Source: a bacterium (GTDB lineage Bacteria > Patescibacteriota > Minisyncoccia > UBA6257 > GWB1-50-10). Taken from it: a DNA stretch of 52,927 bases. Shown one piece after another: positions 19,779 to 29,556 of this stretch; position 1 is the stretch's first letter, and every line of letters starts with the position of its first letter. Where the stretch lies: contig DAIDAY010000003.1 in NCBI GenBank assembly GCA_027310365.1, forward strand, positions 1-52,927, read 5' to 3'. Position numbers and translations under genes: made by a program. Below the pieces are notes generated by a model, which worked only from the letters and a program-made list of their open reading frames with translations, was not told where the DNA came from and did not search any database.

Positions 19779-20378
19779 TTAAGCCGCGTCGAAGGATTCA
19801 TCCTCCGGAGCTTCGGCGACGGAGGGTTTCCCTTCCATTTGCTCGAAGCTTTCCAAAATATGTTTGTATTTTTGATACTCGGGAAGATCCTCGACGCTCC
19901 GTATTCCCAAGTGCTTCAAGAAATCAAAACTCACGGTATATTCATAAATATTTTTCTTACCCTGCTGGAGCTGCCTCCCGATAAGCCCGCGGATTAAAAG
20001 ATTTCTCAAAATGAACGTCGCGTTGACGCCGCGGATGTAATCGATGACCGATCGTGTGATGGGCCCGAGATACGCAATGATGGAAATGGTTTCGAGCGCC
20101 GCGGGTGTCAGCTCCTCCTTGAATTCGTCTTCGCCGATCCTCTTTAAAATCCAGCTGAACGTTGTCTTTGTCGCGATCTGTACCTTGCCGTCATTTTTCA
20201 AAAGCATGAACCCGGATTCTTCGCGCGCTGCGAAACTCGCGGAAAGTTCGTCAATAAGCGCCGAGCATTCTTCTTCCTTGAATTCCAACAACTTCGCGAT
20301 TCTCTTAATCTCTATCGGCTCGCCGTAGTAAAAAAGCAATGCCTCGATCGCAGCTCTTTTCTGTTTTTCCTTGTCCAT
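19779..20378 (-). CDS. scpB: Segregation and condensation protein B
   Basis: IEALLF, LT.AALET.SIIAY..PITR..ID.IRGV, FL..LG.....LP. Confidence 0.95.
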   Translation of the reverse strand: MDKEKQKRAAIEALLFYYGEPIEIKRIAKLLEFKEEECSALIDELSASFAAREESGFMLLKNDGKVQIATKTTFSWILKRIGEDEFKEELTPAALETISIIAYLGPITRSVIDYIRGVNATFILRNLLIRGLIGRQLQQGKKNIYEYTVSFDFLKHLGIRSVEDLPEYQKYKHILESFEQMEGKPSVAEAPEDESFDAA

Positions 20379-20389
20379 TTTTTCCTTAA

Positions 20390-20470
20390 GAAGATTGGGT
20401 GAGGTGAAAAAGTGTGGAGGACGTGGACGATCGCTCTGGAGCATACACTTTTTTGACCTACCGAATTTTC
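20390..20470. repeat. Long imperfect inverted repeat between scpA and scpB
   Basis: aagattgggtgaggtgaaaaagtgt ... acacttttttgacctaccgaattttc. Confidence 0.6.
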
Positions 20471-20474
20471 TACT

Positions 20475-21170
20475 TCATATCTTCGAAACAATCATATCGG
20501 AAAACCGGCCCTCCTGTTCAACAGTTATAAGCTGTTGCCTGATCAAATGCAAGACGGCGAGAAAAAGCACGACAACCTCTTTCTTGTTTCCACCGTGCAG
20601 TTCCTTGAATTTCACGGGGGCTTGCGTCAGACGGCTGAAAACCTCCTCGATTTTCTTCTTCAAATTGATGATTTCATTCCGCACTTTTACCACCGGCTTC
20701 AAAAATTTTTCCATCTCGCCGATGAGCTTTTTCACGGCCGACTCGAAATCACTCACTGTGACTGATTTCGGCGGATAGAAAACTTCGGCCACACCCTTCA
20801 GATATTCCCGCGTCCCCATGACTTCAGTCGGTTTCCATACATCCTTGAGATAGAGCTTCGCCTGCTTGAATTCCCGGTAGACCTTGAGGCGGAGTTCCAG
20901 ATTCTTGATATCGGCTTCCTCTTCCTCGGAAAGCTCCAGGGACGGCAGAACCGATTTCGACTTGATGAGAAGAAGCTTCGAGGCAACTGAAAGGAAATCG
21001 GCCACGAGGGAATTCCCCACTCCCTGCTTTTCTATCTTTTCCAGATAATCAAAAAAGCCGCCGGTCACTTCGGCTAAGCTTACGATCGTTACCTCCAGCT
21101 TCTGATCTTCGATGAGCTCTAAAAGCTTCTCGATCGGCCCCTGATAGTATTCAAAAGACAGTTCATACAT
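20475..21170 (-). CDS. scpA: Segregation and condensation protein A
   Basis: YQGP.E.LL.LI, A.FL..AS.LL.IKS...LP, FLA.L.L. Confidence 0.94.
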   Translation of the reverse strand: MYELSFEYYQGPIEKLLELIEDQKLEVTIVSLAEVTGGFFDYLEKIEKQGVGNSLVADFLSVASKLLLIKSKSVLPSLELSEEEEADIKNLELRLKVYREFKQAKLYLKDVWKPTEVMGTREYLKGVAEVFYPPKSVTVSDFESAVKKLIGEMEKFLKPVVKVRNEIINLKKKIEEVFSRLTQAPVKFKELHGGNKKEVVVLFLAVLHLIRQQLITVEQEGRFSDMIVSKI

Positions 21171-21208
21171 AGGAAATGCTCTTATATGATATAATACTTC
21201 TGAAGATT

Positions 21209-21592
21209 ATGAAATTGTTTGAGAACGATTTGAGGTATCTGTCTCCTTCGTTCATCCTCCGGCTCGGTGTCGGCTTCGTTCTGGTCTATGCGGCGATCGG
21301 CTCGCTTCTTGAACCGGAAGCATGGCTCGGTTTTGTCCCCCACTGGGTGAGTACTATCATCGCGCCGGCGACTTTCCTCCTCATCTTCTCGGTATTCGAA
21401 CTTATCCTCGGCTTTGCCATTTTTTTCGAGAGATTCCTCACGACCGCCTCCCTCCTCGCCTTCTGGGTTTTGATTTTCATTCTTATCTTTTACGGCGTGA
21501 ACGATATCACCTTCCGCGATTTCGGCCTCGCCCTTGCATCCCTCGCCCTCTTCTTCATCTCTTTAAGAGAACGAGAAAACAAACCTCACTAA
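21209..21592 (+). CDS. DoxX-like membrane protein
   Basis: ILRLG.G, four TM segments, RDFGL motif. Confidence 0.8.
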   Translation: MKLFENDLRYLSPSFILRLGVGFVLVYAAIGSLLEPEAWLGFVPHWVSTIIAPATFLLIFSVFELILGFAIFFERFLTTASLLAFWVLIFILIFYGVNDITFRDFGLALASLALFFISLRERENKPH

Positions 21593-21725
21593 CCTGAAGG
21601 TGCATCAATGGACTAAAGTGCAGGCAGCCAGCGCGTCGGTGCCGAGTTTTGGCAAAGCGTACGTGGTGAAGACGGTAAAGTAAACCGCTCGTTAGCAAAG
21701 GGGCTTGGTTTGTTGTTGAGGAAAC

Positions 21726-21841
21726 CATCTCGCAGGACGACTTGCCTGCGCAAGCAGGGCGGGCACGATGTCTCGCTCTGCGAGACGAGCGAGTCCGAGA
21801 GCGAGCGCAAATCTCACGCTGGGGAATTCGATAGCGTGTTT
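21726..21841 (+). repeat. Dispersed repeat family C
   Basis: tctcgcaggacgacttgcctgcgcaagc shared with 29814 (+) and, with one substitution, 41865-41892 (-). Confidence 0.9.
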
Positions 21842-21864
21842 ACGAGACAATAAATCGAGTCCGC

Positions 21865-22872
21865 CTAGCCATGGCGAACCTCGATAACATCCCCGTCTTG
21901 AACGATATAATCCTTCCCCTCCAGTTTCAGCCATCCCCTCTGCTTCGCCTGCGTCCAGCCTCCCGCCGCGATGAGTTTTTGCCAGTTCACCACTTCCGCC
22001 CGGATGAATCTGTGCTCGAAATCTGTATGGATGACGCCCGCCGACTGCGGCGCTTTCGTCCCTTTCTCGATCGTCCACGCCCGCGTTTCGTCCTCCCCGG
22101 TCGTGAAGAAACTAATGAGATTCAAAATGGAGTAGGCGGCCTTGATCAAGTTGGGAACCGCATCGGTTTCGCTCAAATCCGCGATCAAATACTCGAATCC
22201 CATCTTCCTGATTTTTTCTTTCACGTCTTCTTGCACATCCTCCGGCTTCCCGTTCAAGAGGAATATCTGCGGCTTCGCGGTCAAAAGTTGAAGCTCCCCG
22301 ATTATTTTCTCGTTCTTCAGGGAAGTGAGGAGTTCGCCCTTCCCGAGCATCTCCTTTGCTTTTTTCAAAACCTCCAGATCAATCTTCGCCTCGCCTGTCT
22401 GCCCTGAGTTCGCCGAACGGGTCTCCGTCTCAAATTTCCTCAATCTCTTCTCGATGGTATCCAAATCCTTGAAGATGAGCTCCGCTTCGATCGTATCGAT
22501 ATCGCGGACGGGGTTCACGTTTCCCTCCACATGGACAATGTCGCCGTTCTCGAAACATCGCACGATGTGCGTTATCGCCTGGACGTTCCGGATGTGCGAC
22601 AAGAATTGATTTCCCAATCCCTCACCCTTGTATGCGCCTTTCACCAACCCTGCGATGTCGTAGAATTCGACGACGGCCGGGATTTTCTTTTTCGAATGCG
22701 TGAGATCAGCGAGCTTGTCGACCCGCTCGTCCGGAACGGGAACAACCCCCACGTTGGGATCGATCGTCGCGAACGGGTAATTCGCGATGTGCACCTCCTG
22801 GCTCGTTATGATTTTGAAAAGAGTGCTCTTTCCAACATTGGGTAAGCCGACTATTCCTACTTCTAATTTCAT
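21865..22872 (-). CDS. ychF: Ribosome-binding ATPase YchF
   Basis: GIVGLPNVGKST, ANYPF.TIDPN, DIAGLVKGA..GEGLGN.FL, C-terminal TGS domain. Confidence 0.97.
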   Translation of the reverse strand: MKLEVGIVGLPNVGKSTLFKIITSQEVHIANYPFATIDPNVGVVPVPDERVDKLADLTHSKKKIPAVVEFYDIAGLVKGAYKGEGLGNQFLSHIRNVQAITHIVRCFENGDIVHVEGNVNPVRDIDTIEAELIFKDLDTIEKRLRKFETETRSANSGQTGEAKIDLEVLKKAKEMLGKGELLTSLKNEKIIGELQLLTAKPQIFLLNGKPEDVQEDVKEKIRKMGFEYLIADLSETDAVPNLIKAAYSILNLISFFTTGEDETRAWTIEKGTKAPQSAGVIHTDFEHRFIRAEVVNWQKLIAAGGWTQAKQRGWLKLEGKDYIVQDGDVIEVRHG

Positions 22873-22985
22873 CCCGTTAGAAATAAGACACAGACACGAA
22901 GAGTATGCCGTATCTTCTCTCCGACCATTATCGTTAATTTTACGCTTGTGGAATTACTCCAACGGTGTCTGTGATTTCGAATGGG
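22873..22985. mobile_element. MITE-like element E2 at the ychF start codon
   Basis: AT-cccgttagaaat ... atttcgaatggg-AT; TIR 10/12. Confidence 0.75.
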
Positions 22986-23244
22986 ATTCATATGTCCTTT
23001 TCAACAATTTTACCTCGTGAGGAGCAAAATGCCCAGAGTGTTCTCCCCGTGTTGGGATGAATATCCGAACGGATGCGGACGCAGACCTTAATACCTCGTA
23101 CGGTTCTCTTGAAAATGGATTTAAACTGAAGTGCGGGGTTTTCTCCCCCAGCGAAGGCAAGAAAGATCCTGCTTGGTTTTATAGGCAGGAGAGCGTTGTT
23201 CGCAAACGACCCGATATCAAACATTCCGGAACTAATATGGAATC

Positions 23245-23358
23245 CGCCTCAAAAATCAGTAGGTACTGAATTTTGAGGCGACGGAGTGAAGCTCCGCATA
23301 TTCCGCTGCGGATGACGATGAGCGATGATGGAGGCCCTCCGGGCGAGAGTCGGGGGGA
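23245..23358. repeat. Dispersed repeat family A
   Basis: 88 nt identical to 30138-30225; begins with a 36-nt palindrome. Confidence 0.95.
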
Positions 23359-23761
23359 AGATATCCCTCCTCGCAAGCTCAGTAAGAATCCCCCCAAAGG
23401 CTTTCTTATGATTGGGAAAGAAATCCTTGAGTGCGAGAATTTCCCGGGGCGAGAAAACCTTCACCTTCTCCCTTTCATCACCTCTGCTTTTCAGCTTTGG
23501 AAGTAAAGGCAACTTTGCCGTAAAGAGCGTTACGACGTGGCTTCCCTTATCCTCTTCTTGAACAACTTCAAGATTGCTTTCGCGCAAGGTCACGCCTATT
23601 TCTTCCTGCACCTCTCGGAAAGCGCATGCCTCGGCGGTTTCTCCGGGCTTGCTCCTGCCGCCGGGGAATTTCCAAAAAACCGGCGCCGGTTTTTTAGGAT
23701 CCCGCACCAGGGGAATTCCCTCCGGAGCGACAATCATGACAGCGACGGCGTGATCTTTCAT
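23249..23761 (-). CDS. NUDIX hydrolase
   Basis: Nudix box GGRSKPGETAEACAFREVQEEIG; C-terminus read through repeat A. Confidence 0.9.
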   Translation of the reverse strand: MKDHAVAVMIVAPEGIPLVRDPKKPAPVFWKFPGGRSKPGETAEACAFREVQEEIGVTLRESNLEVVQEEDKGSHVVTLFTAKLPLLPKLKSRGDEREKVKVFSPREILALKDFFPNHKKAFGGILTELARRDIFPPTLARRASIIAHRHPQRNMRSFTPSPQNSVPTDF

Positions 23762-23793
23762 GTTCCCATAATAGCATATATAATACATCTATC

Positions 23794-25530
23794 ATGGCGA
23801 ATATCGAAAAAATGAGACACTCGCTGGCGCACTTGCTTGCCGCCGCCGTCTTGAAGAAATTTCCCAAAGCGAAATTGGGCATCGGGCCGGTCATCGAGAA
23901 TGGCTTTTATTACGACTTCAAGCTTCCTCGTTCCCTGACGGCCGAGGATTTGAAAGCGTTTGAGCACACGATGCGCGCGCTTGTCATGCAGAAACTTCCC
24001 TTCCGGGGAAAAAAACTGACCCCATCGAAAGCAAAGAAATTATTCAAAGATCAGCCCTTCAAACTTGATCTCATTAAGGAATTCGTCAAAGAAAAGAAAC
24101 TGTTGACCGTCTACGAAACCGGCGATGTATTTCTCGATCTCTGCCGCGGTGGGCACGTAAAAAACACCTCGGAAATAAATACCGACAGTTTTAAGTTGAC
24201 GTTGATTGCCGGTGCGTATTGGCGCGGCGACGAGAAAAATCCGCAACTTCAGAGGATTTACGGACTGGCTTTTACCACGAAAAAGGAGTTGGATGAATAC
24301 CTCGCCATGCTCGAAGAAGCGAAAAGGAGGGACCATAAAATTCTCGGCCCGGCACTGGATCTTTTCACCTTTTCCGATCTCGTGGGAGCTGGTCTCCCTC
24401 TCTGGACGCCGCGGGGAACCCTCGTCCGGAACCTCCTCGACCGTTTCGTCTGGGAACTCCGGAGAAAAGCCGGCTACGAACAGGTAGATATTCCCCATAT
24501 CACGAAGAAGGATCTCTATGAACGAAGCGGCCACTGGGAAAAATTCAAGGAAGATCTCTTTAAGATCCAAACCCGCGAAGGGCACCTCTTCGTCATGAAA
24601 CCCATGAACTGCCCGCACCATACGCAGATCTATGCCCGGAAACTTTGGAGCTACCGCGATCTTCCTCAGCGCTATGCGAATACCACGAAGGTGTACCGCG
24701 ACGAGCAAACAGGCGAACTTGCCGGGCTTTCCCGCGTTCGAGCCATCACGCAGGATGATGCGCACGTTTTCTGCCGTCTTTCCCAAATCGAGGAAGAATT
24801 TTTGAAAATCTGGGATATTATTCAGACCTTCTACGGTTCGTTCGGTTTCAAGCTCCGCATTCGTATCTCGACGCACGATCCCAAGCATCTCGAAAAATAC
24901 CTCGGCGACAAGAAAAAGTGGAAATTCGCCGAAGATATGCTTTATAAAATAGCAAAATCCAAAAACGCCGATACCTTCAATGGCGCTGGGGAAGCAGCAT
25001 TCTATGGGCCGAAACTCGACTTCATGGCGAAAGATTCTCTGGGGCGCGAGTGGCAAGTAGCAACCATCCAGCTTGACGTCAACATGCCGGAGCGGTTCGA
25101 TCTCACCTGCACCAGCGAAGAAGGCAAACCCGAACGGATCGTCATGATCCACGCGGCGATCATGGGATCCATCGAACGATTCCTTTCGGTTATCATCGAA
25201 CATTTGGCCGGCGACTTTCCGGTCTGGCTCTCGCCCATCCAAGCACGCGTGATTCCCATCTCTGACAAACATCGTTCGTATGCCGAGACGCTTCAAAAAA
25301 AATTGAAAGCGTACAATCTGAGAGTTGATGTTGCTTCAACCGGCGAAACGCTCGGCAAGAACATCAGGCAGGGCGAAATCGAGAAGATCCCGTATCTTCT
25401 CGTCGTTGGAGACAGGGAAATGGAGAGCAGCTCTGTGAACGTCCGCGAGCGGCATAAAAAAGAAACCTCGATCGTTGCGATCGAGAAATTCATAGAAAAA
25501 ATAAAAAGAGAAAACGAGGAAAAGGTTTAG
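23794..25530 (+). CDS. thrS: Threonine--tRNA ligase
   Basis: RHSLAHLLA, DLCRGGHV, KPMNCP.H, AFYGPKLD, H.AI.GS.ERF. Confidence 0.98.
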   Translation: MANIEKMRHSLAHLLAAAVLKKFPKAKLGIGPVIENGFYYDFKLPRSLTAEDLKAFEHTMRALVMQKLPFRGKKLTPSKAKKLFKDQPFKLDLIKEFVKEKKLLTVYETGDVFLDLCRGGHVKNTSEINTDSFKLTLIAGAYWRGDEKNPQLQRIYGLAFTTKKELDEYLAMLEEAKRRDHKILGPALDLFTFSDLVGAGLPLWTPRGTLVRNLLDRFVWELRRKAGYEQVDIPHITKKDLYERSGHWEKFKEDLFKIQTREGHLFVMKPMNCPHHTQIYARKLWSYRDLPQRYANTTKVYRDEQTGELAGLSRVRAITQDDAHVFCRLSQIEEEFLKIWDIIQTFYGSFGFKLRIRISTHDPKHLEKYLGDKKKWKFAEDMLYKIAKSKNADTFNGAGEAAFYGPKLDFMAKDSLGREWQVATIQLDVNMPERFDLTCTSEEGKPERIVMIHAAIMGSIERFLSVIIEHLAGDFPVWLSPIQARVIPISDKHRSYAETLQKKLKAYNLRVDVASTGETLGKNIRQGEIEKIPYLLVVGDREMESSSVNVRERHKKETSIVAIEKFIEKIKRENEEKV

Positions 25531-25575
25531 GTGGTACACTTTAGTATGCAGCATACCACCCATTCGGAAATCCCC

Positions 25576-25704
25576 TCAGATAAACATATTCCCCTCATCC
25601 TCGTAGCTTTTTTGAAGTTGCCACGACGATGATCTTTTCTTCCTCTTAGTCGCCATTGATATAATCATGGCTACCAAGAGAAAAATAATCAGAATCTTTT
25701 TCAT
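25576..25704 (-). CDS. Small 42-aa single-TM protein not in the ORF track
   Basis: GGAGG SD then MKKILIIFLLVAMIISMATKRKKRSSSWQLQKSYEDEGNMFI. Confidence 0.6.
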   Translation of the reverse strand: MKKILIIFLLVAMIISMATKRKKRSSSWQLQKSYEDEGNMFI

Positions 25705-25781
25705 TTTACCTCCGGTTACCTCCGTTGGTTTTTATTTTAAAGTGCAAATTCTTTAGATAGAATATACAACAACAATCATTC

Positions 25782-26642
25782 ATGCGTCAAGAAAAGAAAA
25801 AGCTTCTGGTTATTGTGGGGCCAACGGCGTCGGGAAAAAGTGCGCTCGCCGTTATGTTGGCAAAAAAACTCGGCGGCGAGATTGTCTCAGCGGATTCAAG
25901 GCAACTATACCGCGGGCTTGAAATCGGATCTAATTACCCTTCGCAGAAAGAATTGCACGCTGTCCCTCATCATCTCATAGGAATCGTAAACCCCAAGAGG
26001 ATTTTCACTGTTGCTAAATACCAGAAATTGGCGAGAAATGCCGTCGAAAAAATCTGGAAGAGAAATAAGCTCCCCATTCTCGTCGGCGGAACCGGTCTCT
26101 ACATCCAAGCCGTCGTGGACGGTTTCGTCGTGCCGGAAGTGCCGCCAAACGAGCCATTGAGAACTGAACTGGAAAAGAAGACCGCCGAAACATTAGCTGG
26201 GCTTTTGAAAAAGAAAGACAAAAAAAGGTGGCGGGGCATAGACAAGAAAAACAAACGGCGTCTCATACGGGCGATCGAAGTGGCAGAGGCCCTCGGCCGC
26301 GTCCCAAAGCTTAAATTTAATCGCCTCAAAGCAGAAATTTCCTTTATTGGTTTGCGTCCCCCGAAGGAGATGCTGGAAAAATCGGTAAGAAAAAGAGCCG
26401 GGGAAATGATGCGGAGCGGTTTCATTAATGAAACCAAGAGGCTTTTGGGAAGCGGCGTAACGGAAGAAAGGATAAAAGAATTTGGGTTCGAGTATCGGAG
26501 AGCTCTTCAATATATCCGTGGGAAAATCAAATCCAAAAAAGAACTAGTGGATCTCATCGTAAGAGACACCCTGCGGTATGCGAAAAGGCAGATAACCTGG
26601 TTCAAGCGGGATAAGCGAATCCGATGGATTCGCAATGACTAA
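25782..26642 (+). CDS. miaA: tRNA dimethylallyltransferase
   Basis: GPTASGKS, SADSRQ.Y, VGGTGLY, YAKRQ.TWF. Confidence 0.97.
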   Translation: MRQEKKKLLVIVGPTASGKSALAVMLAKKLGGEIVSADSRQLYRGLEIGSNYPSQKELHAVPHHLIGIVNPKRIFTVAKYQKLARNAVEKIWKRNKLPILVGGTGLYIQAVVDGFVVPEVPPNEPLRTELEKKTAETLAGLLKKKDKKRWRGIDKKNKRRLIRAIEVAEALGRVPKLKFNRLKAEISFIGLRPPKEMLEKSVRKRAGEMMRSGFINETKRLLGSGVTEERIKEFGFEYRRALQYIRGKIKSKKELVDLIVRDTLRYAKRQITWFKRDKRIRWIRND

Positions 26643-26701
26643 TTATTCTCATTCCTCGTTACTCTCAACATGAGAACAACAAAGTTCATGAGAAATTCTA
26701 T

Positions 26702-26729
26702 TTGACTTCTTATCTCAATTCCCTATAAT
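26702..26729 (+). promoter_or_regulatory. Sigma70-type promoter TTGACT-16-TATAAT for rpmF
   Basis: Near-consensus hexamers upstream of rpmF. Confidence 0.65.
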
Positions 26730-26745
26730 AAAGTTAAATAAAACG

Positions 26746-26940
26746 ATGGGTGGCGTACCGGTAAAACATCATTCAAAATCAAAGGTGGGAAGAAGGCGTT
26801 CGCAACTCGCCTTGAAGAAAGTGCGGGTGATCCCTTGCCCAAAGTGCGGAGGCCCGGCGTTACCCCATCGCATCTGCTCGCAATGTGGAACCTACGTCAG
26901 GCGGGAAAAATCCAAATCTCAAGCATCCAATCCCAAATAA
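26746..26940 (+). CDS. rpmF: 50S ribosomal protein L32
   Basis: VP....SKS....RR, CPKCG...PHRICSQCG.Y. Confidence 0.95.
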   Translation: MGGVPVKHHSKSKVGRRRSQLALKKVRVIPCPKCGGPALPHRICSQCGTYVRREKSKSQASNPK

Positions 26941-27022
26941 GTCAATGATCGCAATGCAAAACGTTTTGGATTCTGAGCATCGGAATTTGTTTGCCATTGG
27001 GAATCTGTAATTTTGCATTCTC
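26908..27022. repeat. Degenerate heptamer array, A/C-rich half then T/G-rich half
   Basis: aaatcca aatctca agcatcc aatccca ... ttttgga ... tgccatt gggaatc tgtaatt ttgcatt. Confidence 0.6.
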
Positions 27023-27028
27023 ACCGAT

Positions 27029-27463
27029 ATGGCAACCCGCCATTTGATCAGATCCATCGTCCTTCAGTCCCTCTATGAGTGGGATTTTTACGATAAGAAA
27101 GCTGATCTCGCCCGCATTATAGAGGACAACTTGAGCGAGTTCGGCCCCGGCATCGACGAGCCGGAATTTGCCTGGCGGCTTTTGAAAGGTATTATCGACC
27201 ATCTGCCCCAGCTTGATGAACTGATTAAAACATACGCCAACGAATGGCCGCTGGATCAAATAGCCATCGTCGACCGCAATATCCTCCGCATCGGACTCTA
27301 TGAACTCATCTACGCCAACCGGGACGAAGTGCCGCCGAAGGTTGCCATCAATGAAGCGATCGAGATTGCGAAGAACTACAGCGGGCAAAATTCGCCCCGT
27401 TTCATCAACGGGGTTTTGGGGACGATCTACAAAGAATTGGAGGAAGGCAGAATCAAACCTTAA
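27029..27463 (+). CDS. nusB: Transcription antitermination factor NusB
   Basis: R...LQ.LYE, DRNILR...[19 protein letters not shown]. Confidence 0.97.
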   Translation: MATRHLIRSIVLQSLYEWDFYDKKADLARIIEDNLSEFGPGIDEPEFAWRLLKGIIDHLPQLDELIKTYANEWPLDQIAIVDRNILRIGLYELIYANRDEVPPKVAINEAIEIAKNYSGQNSPRFINGVLGTIYKELEEGRIKP

Positions 27464-28139
27464 GGATTTTTTTCACTTCCCTCCAAACACGTTCATGAAT
27501 CTCCTTAATCGTGAGGAGTTTATTGTCTCCGACACACTCAACGACAACAAAATCTCCGGGGAACATTTTTGTTATCTCGAGATATGTTCTTTCCGCGCTC
27601 TTCAAATGCGATTGATCTTCTTCATGGATATCTCTCCTTTCTCCGTGAAGGTATTTTCTCGAATGTTTCTTGCCAATCAGATCATAGGCTATTCGAGAAG
27701 GAACATGGAGCAGAATCGAAACAGTGGGTTTCGGGATGTCCATCATGATGTATTCAAAATCATAAACCCATCGCAAGTACTTTTCCCGCGCACGCCTGTC
27801 CGTTATTTTCGCTCCCTGATGCCCCATGTTGGAAGAGACATACCGGTTGGAAACAACTATGTTCCCCGCATCGATCCATTCCTTTATCTTCGGTCCGACA
27901 TCAAACCGGTCCACGGCGTAAAACACCGAGGCTTTGTACGGGCCGACATCGCGCCATCCGCCATAGCGCCCGTTCAAATATTGTTCCACAAAAAAAGCCG
28001 ATGGCTTCCCGTACTGCGGGAAGTCGAACGTCGCCGTTTTGAATTTCTCCCTCTTTAATCTTTTCAGCAAAAGTTTGAACTGTTCTCCTTTTCCCGATCC
28101 GTCGATTCCTTCAATGACGATGAATTTTCCCCTTTTCAT
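27453..28139 (-). CDS. tmk: Thymidylate kinase
   Basis: [23 protein letters not shown]. Confidence 0.93.
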   Translation of the reverse strand: MKRGKFIVIEGIDGSGKGEQFKLLLKRLKREKFKTATFDFPQYGKPSAFFVEQYLNGRYGGWRDVGPYKASVFYAVDRFDVGPKIKEWIDAGNIVVSNRYVSSNMGHQGAKITDRRAREKYLRWVYDFEYIMMDIPKPTVSILLHVPSRIAYDLIGKKHSRKYLHGERRDIHEEDQSHLKSAERTYLEITKMFPGDFVVVECVGDNKLLTIKEIHERVWREVKKILKV

Positions 28140-28382
28140 GCCTCGTAGTACAACCGCAAGCTATTTGTTGTTTGAATAATAAACCTTTGATTTCTTTTCT
28201 TTGCCACCCCCCCGCCCGGAAAGCCCCGCCGCAGTGCGACAGGAATGAACGGATGGCATCCCGAATCTCGTATTCCGCTTCCGGGAAGCTCCCGTGTAGG
28301 GGGCGGAGAGCTCTTCGCCGTACACTGTTCCATCCTCGCATACACGCCTTTGGCGACATCATTCGCAGTTGTACTACGAGGC
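28140..28382. mobile_element. 243-bp MITE-like element at the tmk start codon, carrying repeat module B
   Basis: AT-gcctcgtagtacaac ... gttgtactacgaggc-AT, perfect 15-bp TIR; internal 58 nt identical to 49582-49639. Confidence 0.88.
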
Positions 28383-28444
28383 ATGAATTTTATTATACCA
28401 AAACTCTGTTCCGCATTTTCCGTTGCGAACGAAGAGGAACGAAC

Positions 28445-28471
28445 AAAAAGCCACCCAAGCGGATGGTGGCT
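28445..28471 (-). terminator. Intrinsic terminator after rplK
   Basis: agccacc/ggtggct stem followed by a T tract on the minus strand. Confidence 0.7.
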
Positions 28472-28496
28472 GATGAGCGGGAGAAAAATTTATGCT

Positions 28497-28922
28497 CTAG
28501 TCTATGACTTCTACACCCATATTTTTGGCGGTTCCCGCTATGATCTTCATTGCCGCCTCAACATCATTCGCATTCAAATCGATCATCTTCTTCTCCGCAA
28601 TTTTTCTCAAATCATCCTTCGTAATTTTTCCTGCCACTTTCTTGCCGGATTCTCCGGAAGCTTTTTCGATGCCGGCGGCTTTCTTGATAAGAGCGGATGC
28701 CGGCGGTGTTTTGAGTTTAAACTCGAACGACCGGTCTTCGTAGATGGTTATTTCCGCAGGAATCACGTCACCCCTCATGTCCTTCGTGGCTTCATTAAAC
28801 TGCTGCACAAAAGCGCCGATATTCACGCCGTGCTGGCCCAATGCCGGGCCGATTGGCGGGGCCGGAGTCGCTTCTCCTGCCTTGATCTGCAATTTTAACG
28901 TCGTTTTGATCGGTTTCGCCAT
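28497..28922 (-). CDS. rplK: 50S ribosomal protein L11
   Basis: [31 protein letters not shown]. Confidence 0.98.
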   Translation of the reverse strand: MAKPIKTTLKLQIKAGEATPAPPIGPALGQHGVNIGAFVQQFNEATKDMRGDVIPAEITIYEDRSFEFKLKTPPASALIKKAAGIEKASGESGKKVAGKITKDDLRKIAEKKMIDLNANDVEAAMKIIAGTAKNMGVEVID

Positions 28923-28999
28923 TGTTTTTGTATTTTGTATTTCGTGGCTGGTGGCTGGTATTTGTGCACAACGCACAAAACGCCACACACTAAAAGTCA

Positions 29000-29554
29000 C
29001 TACAATTTTCTCACTTGCAATGAATCCAGCTCGACGACGGTATCTCTTCCAAAGATGGGAACGAGAATTTTGATCCTTCCCCGCTCGTCATCCACCTCAG
29101 AGATTCTTCCTTCTTGATCCTTGAACGGCCCATCGGTTATTTTTACCATTTCATCAACTCTGAAGTCAACTTTAAATTTTGGTTCAACTTCTCCAATCCT
29201 TGTCATGAGTTCTTCCACCTCTTTTTCGGAAAGCGGCATCGGTTTTGTCGAATCAGCACCGACGAATCCCGTGACGCGCGGCGTATTCCTCACAACGTAC
29301 CATGAATCATTATCGAGAATCATGTGGACGAGCACATACCCGGGATATATTTTTTCTTCCGTCTTCGTCCGTTTCCCGTTCTTGATTTTTATCTTCACCT
29401 CCTTTGGGACGACAACATCGAATATCTTGTCGTTCATGCCGAGTGAAGCAATCCTCTGCTTGAGGTATTTTGCCACGGCGTCTTCGTAACCCGAATAGGT
29501 ATGCACCGCATACCAAAACTTAGCCTTCTTGTTCGAACTGCTGTCCTGTTCCAT
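29000..29554 (-). CDS. nusG: Transcription elongation factor NusG
   Basis: [37 protein letters not shown]. Confidence 0.98.
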   Translation of the reverse strand: MEQDSSSNKKAKFWYAVHTYSGYEDAVAKYLKQRIASLGMNDKIFDVVVPKEVKIKIKNGKRTKTEEKIYPGYVLVHMILDNDSWYVVRNTPRVTGFVGADSTKPMPLSEKEVEELMTRIGEVEPKFKVDFRVDEMVKITDGPFKDQEGRISEVDDERGRIKILVPIFGRDTVVELDSLQVRKL

Positions 29555-29556
29555 GA

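Noticed and set aside
22988-23224. 78-aa ORF upstream of ychF
   Set aside because: It overlaps inverted-repeat-like DNA and has no motif. Only its TGA position next to element E2 is notable, so that junction is weaker evidence than rpsB/tsf or mraY.
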